59,128 bases of DNA, taken from contig JYFJ02002323.1 of the NCBI GenBank assembly GCA_000934665.2, forward strand, positions 1 through 59,128. The letters run 5' to 3'. The notes beneath the pieces were generated by a model. It was given only the letters and a program-made list of their open reading frames with translations, was not told the origin of the DNA and did no database searches. This stretch comes from Catajapyx aquilonaris (Eukaryota). The translations under genes and the position numbers were made by a program. Numbering within the stretch: position 1 is the first letter of the stretch; the number at the start of each line of letters is the position of its first letter. Below, one piece after another: positions 1 to 13,498 of this stretch.

Positions 1-89
1 CAGACATATGACTCCTATACTTAAATCGATCCTCTGGTGGCTAGGAAGGCAGTCATATACGTCGGGGCACTGAGTTCAGATACACCCTG
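1..89. mobile_element. Right end of a Tc1/mariner-type MITE (same family as 30445-30868), cut by the window edge
   Basis: Near-identical to 30780-30868; ends ...TACACCCTG followed by TA. Confidence 0.85.
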
Positions 90-935
90 TATATATAATG
101 GTCTCCGGTGATAGGAGACTCACGGGTAGTAGCACATGGTATTTGCTAAGGTTATTGCCTCTTATGATAGGTCACATGGTTCCATCCAATGACAGTGCAT
201 GGATTTTGCTGACAACATTGTTGGATATTGTGGAGCATGCATCAGCACCTGTATGCACAGGAACCATGCTTGCATGTTTGACAGTGAAAGTGACTGAGTA
301 TTAATTTGCAACAATTTAAGGATGTATTTTGCAGACAGAGAGAGTGACACCCAAAATGCATTACGTGATTGTCGAGGTCTGCAGATGGCGCAAAAATCAC
401 AAGAGGAGGGGGAAATGAAAGTCGAACGACACCTCCTCAGCCACAGTTTCGACCATAATGTCTTGCCACATTCATTTGAAAACAAAAAGAGTTACAGATA
501 TGAACATTACTGTGTTTTAAGCTCTATTAATTTCACTTCGTGTGGTATACAGATGGGCCAAAAAGCTACGAGAGAGGGTGGGGAAAAAAAGAGAAACGAC
601 ACCCCACCCCCCGCCAGCACTAGATCTGATACAGCTGCGCAGACTGTTCAAAACTTGAATGTGGTCCAATCCAAGAAGGATTGGGGCTGTATTGAAGGCA
701 AATGTGGTCAAACACCATAGTAATAAATTAATTAATTGTAATGTACACTAACTGTAACGGGGTTTCCATTATCCAACCCACGCCACACATTTACATCAAC
801 AGAACTTTAATACCCAGTAAAGTAAATTACTGTAAATACAAGTAAAAGGTGGGACACTCTATGGTCGAAAATGCCAGCTGGGGGGTGGGGGTGTTTTTCT
901 CATTTTGTTTTCCCCCTCCCTCCCCCCTCCTCTTG

Positions 936-1616
936 TGACTTTTGCTGAGTTTTGAAGCTCCGGCAATTACAATTTGATCTGGCATATAGATGTCGCCCAT
1001 ATCGCAAGGGAGGCAGGGAAACAAAAGGGGATCATGACCCCCCCCCCCCCCACCCCACCGCCCCATCGCCCTAAGAAGTCCCGAGCCTGACGGGTTTGGA
1101 GCTGTTGGACGCTGCATGCTGGACACTCGGCGATGGACAACACTGGAGCTTGCTCTAGAGTGTGGGACAAGACAGAGCACTATAATGTCCTATGTGTCAT
1201 CCATCGCCACAAACCGTATGAAAACACCATCGCATCGCCCTCAATGCGATCGAGTTCCAAGGGAAGGCAAAATGGTGGCTCTTTTGCACCTCAAAGAGGA
1301 ACCAGTGAGGATGCCAACTTTCTGAGACGTGAGACCCTTCAGTCTTTCAGAGTCTTAAGCATAGTGCTCTGACATGTCCCACACTCGAAAGCAAGCTCCT
1401 GTGTTGTCCACCTCCGAGTGTCCAGCATGCAGCGTCCAACAGCTCCAAGCGCGTCAGGCTCTGGCTTTCTTAGGGCGATGATGGTGGGGGGGGNAGTCAC
1501 GATCTCCGTTTTCCTTTTTGTTTCCCTACCTCCTTGCGATATGGGCGATCATCTATATGCCAGATCAAATTGTAGGCTAATCGACGCGACGGAGCTTCAA
1601 ATCTCAGCAAAGGTCA
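936..1616. mobile_element. Foldback/MITE-like element with ~250-bp imperfect inverted arms
   Basis: 936-1183 is the reverse complement of 1361-1616 (e.g. GCTGTTGGACGCTGCATGCTGGACACTCGG / CCGAGTGTCCAGCATGCAGCGTCCAACAGC); ~180-bp spacer; superfamily not determined. Confidence 0.75.
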
Positions 1617-1647
1617 TCTCTATATGTGTTACTGTTTTTGAATTTTA

Positions 1648-1735
1648 AAAAATACACGCCATGACTTATGAAACAACCCACGTATGTAAAGTTACATACG
1701 TGGGTATTGTTTCATAAGTAATGGCGCGTATTTTT
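1648..1735. repeat. Short near-perfect palindrome (hairpin MITE-like)
   Basis: AAAAATACACGCCATGACTTATGAAACAACCCACGTATGTAA pairs with TTACATACGTGGGTATTGTTTCATAAGTAATGGCGCGTATTTTT around a ~3-nt loop. Confidence 0.7.
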
Positions 1736-3684
1736 AATCGACCCACATTGAGAAAAATGACCCCAAAAATGATCAAAACAGGGGGAAACGGACATTTCAG
1801 GAGTTATTATTTCCAAGACTGATTGACCTGGGATATTGTCATTATGCAGTAATAATTACCAGATGACCATGTGTCTACCATATTAATTTCACACTCTCAG
1901 CATGCGTTTAACAATGACATTGGGCCATCTGAAATGTGACCTTTTTGCACAACAATGTCAATTTTTTTGCATTGTTATTTTACACTCTAGATTAAAACCG
2001 TTGCCATCACAATGTATCTCATTTCATTCCCGTACATTAGACATATATATCATCATGGGGTTACAACAAGAACTCCACCTCAAATAAATATAAATAAATT
2101 GTCCATCAGGCTCCATTGTTGCCGATAGACGTTGCCATATTTCCGTAGGATTTGCCCATGGGAGGCTCTAATTTAGTTCAATTAACAACAACTCGTGTGT
2201 GTACACACATGATTTTTTTATATCAAATTCTGAGATGGTTGAGCCACCAATTTGTCTGTATTGGCATGGAATGACCCTTCTGACAACCAAACAGCATCAC
2301 TGTAGTGACCATAGATTAAGAACGTAGCTTCATAATCTATGGTAGTGAGTAGTGACCTATCTGTTTGCCCTTCTTTAAAATAATGTTAATGGTATACTGT
2401 ACCGGTGAATTCCATTTCCTCTTTACAACCATGCAATATATTTGTGCATAAAGAGATGCAGGCACTGATCCACTGATTCAGATGTTGAATCATTGATTCA
2501 TTTTGAGTACTGTACCAGATTCATACGTAATGTCGGACCCTTCGGCTGTGGATTCCTCTTGAGATGGCCACCCTGCGTATTGCATAATAAAAAGTGGTCT
2601 GGCTATGCGTCATACTTGGACAAACACCTCAAGTCGCAATTCCCAGCAGTCTGCAGTATTTTGCCGTAATGGCAAATAAATCATCGAGCCTACTTTGGGA
2701 TGCTAGTGATTAAAGAGTAATGCCCCGCCGCCGCCGGCCTTTTTGTTCTCCTGGGCCTGCCTCCGACAAATGAGGTACACAGCTCGACTTGAACGGCAAA
2801 CTTCCCAAGGGTTGGAGGCCGTGCAAGCCTCCTACCTCAGAGAGATGCAGCCATGATTTCCTACTCAGTCCTATGTGACTCCTGGGAGGGCTGCCTGACT
2901 AGCCCGGAGCGAAATACGGGCCAAGGGCGCACGCAGGGGCCTCAGTTGTACCGACCTATTTCACACTATGAATGAGAATGCTAGTCAGCCACTGTCGCCA
3001 ACCTGCCTCAACACAAATTCATGCTCGGCCAACCATGTACCGCCATTCATTCTTTCTGTCGTCTCCATGTAAGAGACTTCCTCTCACGTTCCCGAAAGAA
3101 AAAAGTCCGGCCAGTATTATGAGGTTGGAGGAAATATTCTCGGAGGGAGCGGGTCAAAGGCAAGATGGAAAAAAGATATTCACAGTAGATGGATTTTGAC
3201 TCTTGCAGTTGTTCCAAACCCGGTTAGTTTTTCTGATGATACCAGTTTAAAAAATATTACAAATAATCATCTACTTAAAATGGAATTTGTCTTTTTCAAG
3301 CGAAACAAATTGTTGCAGTCATGAACAATTCATGAATCAAATGTCTCTGCCATTTCACCTTTTGAAAATGCCATTCCGAATGATAGGCTATATTTTTTCC
3401 ACCAGTCCAGGAGTATAGGAAAATTCCCTTGCGGCAGAACTGTGGTCCAGCTTTTCGTAAACAACTTCGCGACGTACTGCGGAGGCCACTGTTTGCACTT
3501 TCTTTTCTTGTGTGACTTTGTGTGATACTAGCATTTTATGCTTTGCAGTTCCGTTTTGTGAATGAAACCAGCCTTCGTCTCCCGAGTTGTCGCTATGAGA
3601 CCAATGATCTAGCTAAAACGCAATATGCCGTTGTTTACGAACCGCTGGAGGTCAGCCGCTAGGGTATTGTCAAACTGTTCTTAC

Positions 3685-3790
3685 CTCACGTCACCCTCTC
3701 CGGAGAGACCCGATTTCGCGTATGAACTCTGGTGGACTCTCCCTACTATCTGTTCCACTGTCTCCAGACAGCCACTGTGCTGTAAATGAG
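3685..3790 (-). other. Candidate internal exon (probably 5'UTR) of an unidentified minus-strand gene
   Basis: Minus strand reads GATATTTCAG|CTCATT...GTGAG|GTAAGA, a canonical acceptor and strong donor around 106 nt; no ATG; lies downstream of the 7077 donor. Confidence 0.4.
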
Positions 3791-4397
3791 CTGAAATATC
3801 ACATTTCGCCTACATGACACACGCGTAATTTGAGTTCATACAATCAGTAGGTACTTCATCATGCAAAATGATCCCATCTTATCTTCGTGTTCTTGAAGAT
3901 CGAGGTCAGGCTCTCAGGTTTCGCTGAGAAACAGGGGAATGGCAATGCAAGTGCGTATGAGGCTCATTGATGGCATCAAATTATTTTATTAATTACTCAA
4001 CATTCAGCATCCGAAACACATTTGTCCAGATTGTGAAAAACCCTGCACAAAATCGAGGAAATCGTCAAATATTATGTCCAATCGAAGTCTTTCATGGTAG
4101 GCCTACTGAATTCGGACCCGCGGAGTCTGATTTTGAAAATTCAATATGGATGATCTAATATGCTGGACAAACAGCATTTTGTCACTTTCATGTTCTCCAA
4201 CTTATCTAACACTATATGTGGCAAACTTTGACTAGCAGGACTTTGTGGGTGCTGAATTCGGGTGAATGTAAATATTTGCAAATTAAATGTGGCGGATTCT
4301 ATACGACGGACAGTAATAACGTTGGAATAAAGATGGTGAATGACCAACAATCGCCGACTATTAGTGAACTGCGCGATTGGCTGTTCTTCAGTTTCTT

Positions 4398-4477
4398 CTA
4401 TAACGACTTACAGTTGTATCACGGGGTAAAATAAATAAAAGATTTATAAAATAAAATAAATAGAATAAATAAAAATA
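4398..4477 (+). mobile_element. Orphan 3' tail of SINE family A (5'-truncated insertion)
   Basis: CTATAACGACTTACAGTTGTATCACGGGGTAAAATAAA matches the tail of the 25027-25384 copy; followed by an (AAAT)-rich run. Confidence 0.7.
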
Positions 4478-5031
4478 ACCATTTTGGAAGAACAATCAGG
4501 TCGTGATTGTTGCTTACTTGTTGGAGTTAAAAATCCCTAACTTGTCCCAAGCTTACATTATTGGGTTGTTTTCTTGGGTATTGCATTACCCTGTACGTAT
4601 AAAAAGCTGTAATTTCGAAATAAAGCTCGTGAAGGTTAAAGAAGAGATGACAGTATTATGTCCCATAAATGAAACAAAATCTCAGTTAGGCCACAGCTGA
4701 ACACTGGCATTGTAGCATCCAAATATTCTGTACGGTCACCTGAAAGTGCAAAACGCAATACAGTAGCTAATATTGCAAATGTCCAAACACTGGAGTCCCC
4801 GCAAAACATGCAAGGTCAAGCACGTGTTAAAAAAGAATAATGGAATTTTAAGTAAGCCAAAGTTCAATGTCGAGCAGATAAGGCGCCTCCGAAGCCTGGG
4901 GTGAGCAACAGGAAGTATTGTGTGTCAGCATTCTGTATGTGTAGCCTATAAAATTCGAGTGCACTCCCCCCCCCGGATATGAGTAATCCAGGCTATTGTA
5001 ACTAAAAACAAAATAATTATTATTTCCTATG

Positions 5032-5420
5032 AGGGAGGTGTTGATGGCCGAGATGGTAACGTCCTCCTTGGTGCAGGCCAGAGACCCTCCTGACGCAGGT
5101 GAAAGGAAAACTCCCCAGGTTCGATCCCCGCCTGGGGAGTTTTCCTTTCACCTGCGTCAGGAGGGTCTCTGGCCTGCACCAAGGAGGTGTCTGACAACCT
5201 AACCTCCTGGGGAACAGCACAAGACCCCTTTACAGACCTTGCACTTGCACCCTATGTTCCCTCCTTTAAAAATCCCTATCTTTACCCATGTCCCTGGCTC
5301 CTTGCACCGATGAGCGAAGAAAAAAATAGTACAGAGTTACTAGAAAACTGATGGTGGTGTGCGGACTAAAGAGGCCTTATCACGGGGTAACGTAAAATAA
5401 AAATAATAATTAAAAAATAA
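5032..5420 (+). mobile_element. tRNA-derived SINE family A, copy with an internal inverted duplication
   Basis: A box TGGCCGAGATGG, B box GGTTCGATCCC, body shared with four other copies, CACGGGGTAA plus A-rich tail, TSD TTAT[T/G]TCCTATG at 5020-5031 and 5421-5432. Confidence 0.9.
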
Positions 5421-5628
5421 TTATGTCCTATGTTTACATTTCAAACTTTCCCCGACTCCTCCCAGCAATATCACGGTAGTTGCTGTAGAGTCATGTACTT
5501 ATATTTTGGAACGTCAAATAGTGATATTAAAGTCACTCGATAGTGTTCTACTCTCCAATTGCGTATTAGTTGTCAATTATTTTTCCACAACAATATTACA
5601 TGTGGAATGTAGGACTATCCTACATATA

Positions 5629-5693
5629 TCATTCATTCATTCATTCATTCATTCATTCATTCATTCATTCATTCATTCATTTATTCATTCATT
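5629..5693. repeat. (TCAT)n microsatellite
   Basis: Direct tandem repeat. Confidence 0.95.
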
Positions 5694-7076
5694 ACACTCA
5701 CGGCATATTCCCAAGATGCTGTTACCAGCGATGACCAGGAACAATCCACCTGGCCATCTCGTATGACCAGTTTAATGAAACCTCTGGTGACTGGTCAGGC
5801 CACGCAGAGGATAGAATGGATAGGATGATAATGAAATGGATGACATGAATATACATACAGACACATAAACACTCGCGCAATGTACTGTACACATATACAT
5901 AATTATACAAAAATTCATATTAAAACTATGCAAAAACAATGTAAACTGTCCAGCACGATATGGTGTGGTCGACGGGCGATGTAAACAGCAGTCACCATCC
6001 TCCTACATACCTACATATCAGAATCGCGAATAAGCCCTTGTTCCATACAACCGACATATACTCTGTACTGTAGGGTTTGAACACTGATCAGTGACAGATA
6101 TCATTGTTATGCAGATTACCGGAATGATCCGCTCTTCCACTCTCTGGGCGCCACCACATATACGCACCTTCAGTTCATAGTGAGGTAATAATCCCATTCA
6201 ATGCGTACTGTACAGTATATTCTTATCCAGATTTCAAAGTCAGGGGAGTCTCAGGCCAGGTGACATTTAACATTAATTGTAAAAATTGGCCGGAAATTAT
6301 TACCCAAGAGAGGGGAGTACTTTTATTTTTAGAATTTCCATTCAGCAGTTCATTTATGAAGAACAGGGCAGCAAATTTGGATTTTGACAAAATACACGGA
6401 TTTGTTGCAAGTATAACGAAATGCTGAACTTTGATATTTCAGTGACGAATAAAAACCACAAAGAGAAGATTGTTAATTTCAGCGCAATATTGCATTTTAA
6501 TTGCTATACTGTAACCGTAGCTCGCTTGACGTTAACCTTTCACGGAATACCTACTGTACCCAAGCGAACCATGAGACTTTGGTAGTCTTTGGCCTGCACC
6601 GCTGTGTCACATTAATTTTCATTATAATTACATTATTAATATTATCCGCAGATAGGCCCTTAGCGCTCAAGTTTGTATAATATTGTTCAACAGGTATTCG
6701 CAATAATCGGTCGATTCGAATAGTGTGCAACTTTCGTACCGTAATGAGAATATTAGAGTTGCATTTTTTGCAGGGTTATACTGTACACATGCTCCCATAA
6801 ACATCTACAATCCTTTTCTAGATCCAATTTTTCAAACTCCTTGGGTTTGATTAAACTCATGCTGTCTGAGTAGGAAGGGACAATGCTCGCTTTATGACGA
6901 CCAATCCCAGCATCCAATGACGGGGCACCCAACCCCTTTCCACCCACCGTGCCAAGCCATTGCAGATCGAGACCCGATCTCGCATTCTCCCTTGTCGATA
7001 TCAGTAACTCAGCAGTTTCAGCACCTAACACCTTGCGGAATACCCAATTGTGTATAAGTACTATTCACGAGCTCAC

Positions 7077-7560
7077 CTGCATAAGCTACATGTTTAGGAC
7101 ATAGAAGTAATTTGGTGGTCCACTAGAATAGGTGTGATTATCTCTCCTATCCTCTCTTTCAAACGAGCCCAGACGAAACGAGCGTAAAGAAATACAAGTC
7201 CCAAAGGAAAGGAAGCTCCCATTAGGTAGAAAATAACGCTGAAACCTTTCTTCTTGGGAAACGGAAAGCGAAACGACCTCTTCAATCTGCCCTGTTTGGA
7301 ACCTCGTTCTCTTTCCTCCCCACCCTCCCCAATCCTTCCCTTGCTCGACCCCATCTCTCCCCGCCTTCCCCCCCGACCCACAAGCCCAGCTCGTCTCCGT
7401 GACGCTCAATTGGCTCTCCCTATTATCTTCTAATCGGGGACGTGAAACCGAAATTGGCTGTCAGATTCTCCCAGGAAACGTCTCTTCTTTCGGGCCTGCA
7501 AAGAACTACCGGAATAACTGGAGGTTGTGTTGCCTAGGACACGGACCATGACCTATATAC
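7077..7560 (-). promoter_or_regulatory. Probable Pol II promoter and non-coding first exon of a minus-strand gene
   Basis: Two CCAAT boxes on the minus strand (7409-7413, 7453-7457), a TGACG CRE half-site (~7400), an RFX X-box-like GTTGCCTAGGACAC (7529-7542), a GA-rich tract 7310-7380 and a donor GCAG|GTGAGC at 7077/7076. Confidence 0.45.
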
Positions 7561-7819
7561 GCGATGGAGTTAGCTTGTTCGAGTGCAAGCCACCAGCACT
7601 TCATTGAGTCGTTTGTAGTTAAATTCACTGGCCGAAATGACATCGTACTAATTTGTGTAATATTCAAAGCGATTCCAGGCCTATTTGAAGAAAAAGTTTT
7701 GTTTTATAAATTGCGTACTCCTCTACTACACTTACATGACAAGGTCTATACAGTGTTAGAAATTATTCATTTGATGGTTCATGTGGCTCAGGTATGGGTC
7801 TGCAGCACCAAGTAATTAT

Positions 7820-8020
7820 GACCGATCAGCCAAGGAAGCAGGGAAGGGAGGTAGCTCCAATTCGCACGACACCACAAAAGGGGAAGGAGAGGGGGAGGAA
7901 GACCATTCTGGTAGGGAAACCATCCCGGAATTAGCCTGTAATCGACCGGAAGAAACAAAAGGAAAGTGGTCGGCACAGGGGATCAAACCTGGGACTCAAC
8001 GTTTGACCACTAGATTAGGC
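7820..8020 (-). mobile_element. Old, degraded tRNA-derived SINE with an Lm1-like core
   Basis: Minus strand has B-box-like GGTTTGATCCC and core CAGGCTAATTCCGGGATGGTTTCC, resembling arthropod SINE cores; no TSD seen. Confidence 0.45.
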
Positions 8021-10744
8021 TGACTCGGGCTCGCTTATTCATCGGAAGCCCTGAAATACAAGACGATCAGAGTCACACTTTTGGTCAAGATTTAATAAAA
8101 TTCTTGAAGGGCACTACAGAATTCTGACAGAGCAATATTATTCCTTGAGATTTAAAAAATACGATAAGCAATTTCGCAATCTTCAAACTTCAGTGACTGT
8201 GTGAGAGTTGAATCAGTATTCCCTAAAGTTTTGCCCCTTTTAGATATTTCTCGTACGTTTTACCAGTCTTTAAATATGTTCTTTTCAAATATCTTTATCC
8301 ATTGTTGAGAAAATAAATACGGTAGGCTCTCTACGATGCTTAAGCTCTAAAATTGTGTATATTTCTGTCTGCCAATATCTGGAGCAGGTTATTATTGCTT
8401 GTATCTGGCATCATTTACACCGGCCATACTGAATCATGGAGAGTCAGTGAACTGAAGACTAGCCTCCTGATTTGCAAACAAAACGAGACGTTTCTCTACA
8501 GAACTTCATATTGACAAAGTTGAGTACATACTAGTGCAGTAACTTCCTTCTTTTTACCAAGACTTGACTAAAGGTTTTCGGATCATTTGGATGCAACCCA
8601 ACATGCAGAACTCAGCCTTGTAGTGATTATTATTCATACCAAGCCTCCCCAGCTGCCGCCATTAGGGAACGAGGGCGACATGAACTGCCTCTGAAATATT
8701 TGGACATTTTTGTTAATATTTAGCTGAATGCGCGGAAACATTGCCAACGTGCAAGAATTCTGCTTCGGATTCAACGGCTGCCTCCAGCCATCCACTAAGA
8801 GATTTGTGACCCTTTTCGAAATTAAAAAAACGTCTGCCTTGGCACTTCTGAGAAGAATTTCCCGAGTCAGACGGCGTGACTAACAGAATCACGTCGTAAC
8901 CTAATTACGCGCAACGGTTCTCGAGATTTTCTCCCCTTAGAGCGCAAAGTGTTCCCATGTTTACTAACATACGAGTTTTCTTCTGATTTCTCACTCACTT
9001 GCCTTCTTCTGCTCTGGACTTTTCGAATCTAATGATTCGCCTCCAAATATGTCCAATCCCAACTTTAACAGGACTTTTTAGCATTAGTATTGGTCGCTGT
9101 TAAGCCAAATGACCCAATAGTTAGGCCTTTTAAATTGCAATGAAGGGCATCAAGCACAATGTAATTCGGTGGATATAAAACCACAGAAAAACAAGGCTCT
9201 TAGGGCCGAATGGGAAATTCGAACAGACTGTCAATATTGCACATATCGGAATCGAGCTTAAGTGTTCCCATTCCAGTTCAGAGTAGTCTCATGAGTTCCT
9301 CTTCAGTTCCCATTGGGAACTCTTCTCAGGCGTCTAGAAACGTGCGCAGAACCCCAAATGATTTGCCAGTTATGCTCAGGAAACCGGTCGGAAATCCAAC
9401 TCGGGGTCACGTAGAAAAAAGAAGAGTATGATTTGCATTGCACGCTTTTACCCTTTGCTCGACATTCGCTTTGTGAATCAAGAACAATCATTTTAAAGGC
9501 AAGGTTTGCTCTAGGCGTACGTTTGCAAATAATGTACTGCATTACGTACTGTAGCTTCGTTCCCGCCGAGAAGTTTTGTGGGAAGGAGCTTATGTTCAAA
9601 CTTTGAGTGGGGAAGTTGTGTAATATTATATTCTAAACTTCCAACACATTCGCCAGAGTTAATGTTATATTTGGCTGCTTTCATGTCAAATCTGAATTCC
9701 TTTCATCGGTTCCATCTCAAGTTTTGCACAGTTATATTGCAAAAAATTGGGTGTTTCTGACTTGTCTCTCCAGTAAGAAACACCCTGTAAGCAGCAAATA
9801 TGGGCTGAGGCAGCCTGTGCCCATAGCCACTCTCATCCTTCGATTGGAATCTCTGGCAATCTCCAATCGTCGTAATTAAATCCAACAACTGAACGGCTAC
9901 GGTTTGATTCGGATACCATTCGACACCTGATCCATCCCCTGGCCAAAAACCACCTCAAACAGTCCACAAGCACAAGTCCTGTTTGATTGGCTCTTGATGG
10001 AATTCCATCCGCCGATGCCAGATTCGTTTACTGCACGGGATGGGGAATTTCATGCGATACTAAGCTTCGATTCATTTCTGGGCTCTCCCTGCCCTCCCCT
10101 TCCGACAAGCTTCAGATGGCTTCCTAAAGGTACAGATGTTGAGATATTTCTGACATGAATGGCGCATTGGACTGTATGGTAGACAAATTCCATTGGTGTA
10201 CAGTAACCTTTTTGTAAATACCTCCAATCAAGGACATTATTTCAGTTACCATTCGTACATTCAATTGTTGAAAATGAAATCTGTAAGGACCAAATATGGA
10301 TTTTATTAAATTATTAAAAGGATATTTTTTGAATATAAGTTATGTTTTCTACCCTCTTACCATATTGTTGTGTTGACACAACCCGTTTGAGAAATTTTTC
10401 TACGCAAAGCCTGAGATACCAATGTTACACAGCTTTTGAGTCATTGTATACATCTACCAAGGTCACCGTAACTCTCGGAATTGAGTTGGAACTTTAACCG
10501 AATATATGGATCAATTTGATCAACCCAATGTTTTTGGTTCGTTTGACCCAACGTCGCTGAACGGATCCCTAAAATTGGTGGAATTCCACCAACTTGGGCA
10601 CTTTTTAACAGTGTAATACTGTATCACCGGATATTATAATAAAAAAATATTACAATTATGCTAGGTCAGAGTATAAGATTATGATTTCACCGAGGGTTTC
10701 ACATACCGGTACAACACTTCAAATATTTCAGATGAATTTCCCTA

Positions 10745-10929
10745 CACTGTAAACCGCAAAACATTAATAGAGCATCACTGGTGAGTTTCTCATGGAACAT
10801 CAATTTTTAATGCTCTTGTGATGCTCCTGTGATGCTTTTTTATCACAAGAGCATTAGAAGAGCATTAAAAATTGATGTTCCATGAGAGACTCACCAGTGA
10901 TGCTCTTTTAATGTTTTGCGGTTACAGTG
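10745..10929. mobile_element. Palindromic MITE with CACTG...CAGTG ends (CMC/EnSpm-like), TA-flanked
   Basis: TA|CACTGTAAACCGCAAAACATTAA ... TTAATGTTTTGCGGTTACAGTG|TA; arms pair over almost the whole length. Confidence 0.8.
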
Positions 10930-13251
10930 TAACTTACATATTTTCGTAAAGCATATTTCTGAATGAATCGCGGCTCCGATATGATTCTTTATAGTCTATA
11001 CATTATCTGTAATGTGGATATGCACGTTCGAATGAACGTACAGTATACGGTATGGACTACTGGTGAAGCAGTATATGACGGTTTGCGGCCCACAGGGCGT
11101 GCCGAATCAATACACGGCAGTAAGCCTACTCTGTAGAGCTGCATATACAGAGAGTCATACTGTATGCCCCGGCGGATAATGCTGCAATTTGCATGTAAGC
11201 GCAGTGACATTGTCGCCGACAAAGATGGAGCAATATAGGCCTATTATTGCGCCACGTTGTTGAAAAAAAAATCAACCAACATACCGCATGCACTCTGCAG
11301 TGACATGCGGCAGAAAATTGTACGCAGTGAGAGACACCTCACATGCCCTGTCAGGTTTACGAATGGACAAGTGACGAATAATTCTGAACAAATAGGTTGT
11401 GAGAGAAGTGGTTTGCACGTTGCTGGTATAATTCGCCGAAAAATAGAATGTTTTCGGAAGGAATATGTGCAACTAGTTTGACAATCGATGGTGTATAAAA
11501 GTGTGCGCCTGATATTGCATCATATCGATGTAGCCCAGTTTGTTACGCAATTTTTGTTTATGTCCATCAATTTCCACCGATTTATTAAGCATTTATAGGT
11601 GCCACGCCCTGCTAATGATTTACCTGAATCTGCACACTTCTCATCTGAAGTCGCCTAAATTCACCTGATGCCATTTGATAGTTGGTCATGCGAAATTCTA
11701 CGCCATTATTTGTGTTTACTGGAGCAAACATGTGGATTCGGCCGTTGATGCATTGCTATTGTTGTAACTGAATAACTCGTTCGCACGCATTTTACCGTCC
11801 GACTCTGTTACTGTTTTCCACCGATTGCAACCATGTTTACCACACCTAACCTCATTGCGCGTCATTATTTGGCACCGCTGTCTCTATTTGTGCAGGCTGG
11901 TCATAAACGGCGTAGTTGACTAAACAGCAACTATGTCACTTGTTCCAACTGAATTACCTCTTCTCCAAAGAGCCACCCACAAATGGTATTTCAAAACCAC
12001 ACCATCTTCACACAGTGTTTTGTACCGAGAGTGTGTAATACGTATAATAGTGGCCTGATTTTTTTTGCAAACATTTAGGCTAGAATTGAACCTCGTTTGG
12101 TTAGGTTTCGACTATAGGTGAAACCTGAGATACGGTTTAGCTTGGGAGGAACCGATTTCTGGGTGTAACGACTCAGAGATAGGCAGGGAGGCGCCCAACC
12201 CAAACCGGTTATCGGTGGCCGATAGGGCAGAAACTCCATTTAGCCCAACGTCTTGGCTGAACGAGAAATCTGGACAATAATGCCCAACAGGGAGAAGCCA
12301 ATGCTTCGTTTTGTTTACCAGTTGGCATTGCACTTGCATCCTTTTTTAAGAAATGAAAAAAAATGACCAGAGTGCACATTTATAAGCGCCAAAAACACTA
12401 TGGTAAGGTAAGGAAAAATATAGATTGTATGCGTTTGTCAGAAACTCTTTTGACGTTGTGCTTGACAGAGTTGACTCAGTTTTGATCAAAAGCTGTGAAT
12501 TCAAATTCGCACGTCCCATTGGTTCAGACGTGTCTCATGAGCTAGAAGCCACCTTTTTGCTGCTCTTGAGAGCTTTTGCTATTTGATATTGAGTTAGAGG
12601 ACCGGTATTCTTTGACTAGTAGCAAACACCTTTGTGTTACCACCTGGCAGAGTGCTCTATTTATTCACTGGGGGGTTAGCCATATCGATGTGGGGAAAAG
12701 CACGAGAGAGTATGATACAAGTATCCAGCCCTAGTTCAAAGTAAGGTGGCAACAAGTGAGCCAAGGAATGCTCATTGGTTGTCTATATGTAAGGATAAAA
12801 CTTTGTTAAAGGGAAGCACAATGAATCTTCTGACAATGGAGAAGGTGCGTTGCCATTCATGGTCCGTTGAAAACAGGATACAAAGCAACATTGATTGCAG
12901 ATTGCAGATTTTTTTGGATCATCCGCTATCCACACTGCAAACTCATCGCTTTAGTGCAAAATAGCACTCATTATGCAAAACCGCTGAAAAGCTACTCTAC
13001 AATAATTTTCAAGGGAAACTACTGCGATTTAACTTGTATATTACACTAGGGAACAAAATTGAACTTTTTTCTGGCACATGTACATGAATGCGCGATTCCT
13101 AATGTATTTTTTGCACTGATTTCAAATATGTTAACCGATTTATTCTATCATCCACAGTTTTTGAGTAATCAGCATTTTATGGGAGCAAAGAACTTCCGTC
13201 AATGTATATGTAGCACTGATCGACAAAATTGCAATTATTTTGGTGCATGTA

Positions 13252-13392
13252 CTCAACAGTCCAAAAAGAATTGTCCCTCGCGTCGAGCGGGCAGCCACGC
13301 GTCAGGATGAAAGGAACGAGTTAACTGGTTGCTTTCATCCTGACGCGTGGCTGCCCGCTCGACGCGAGGGACAATTCTTTTTGAACTGTTGA
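13252..13392. mobile_element. Near-perfect 141-bp palindromic MITE inserted at TA
   Basis: Arms AAAAAGAATTGTCCCTCGCGTCGAGCGGGCAGCCACGCGTCAGGATGAAAG and complement. It interrupts the second unit of an old direct repeat (~13050-13185 vs ~13222-13495) at CATG-TA-CAT, duplicating TA. Confidence 0.8.
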
Positions 13393-13498
13393 TACATAAA
13401 TGTGCGATTCCTATAGTACTCTTTGTCCTGATTTCAATCTGGTAACCATTTGTTTCTATCACGTATAGCTTTGGAGTAATTAGCATTTTTATGGTATC

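Noticed and set aside
12640..12960. Decayed piggyBac C-terminal Cys-rich domain (HWLS...RRCV...)
   Set aside because: Needs several frameshifts, has no DDD domain or TTAA-CCC ends nearby, and is too weak to call.
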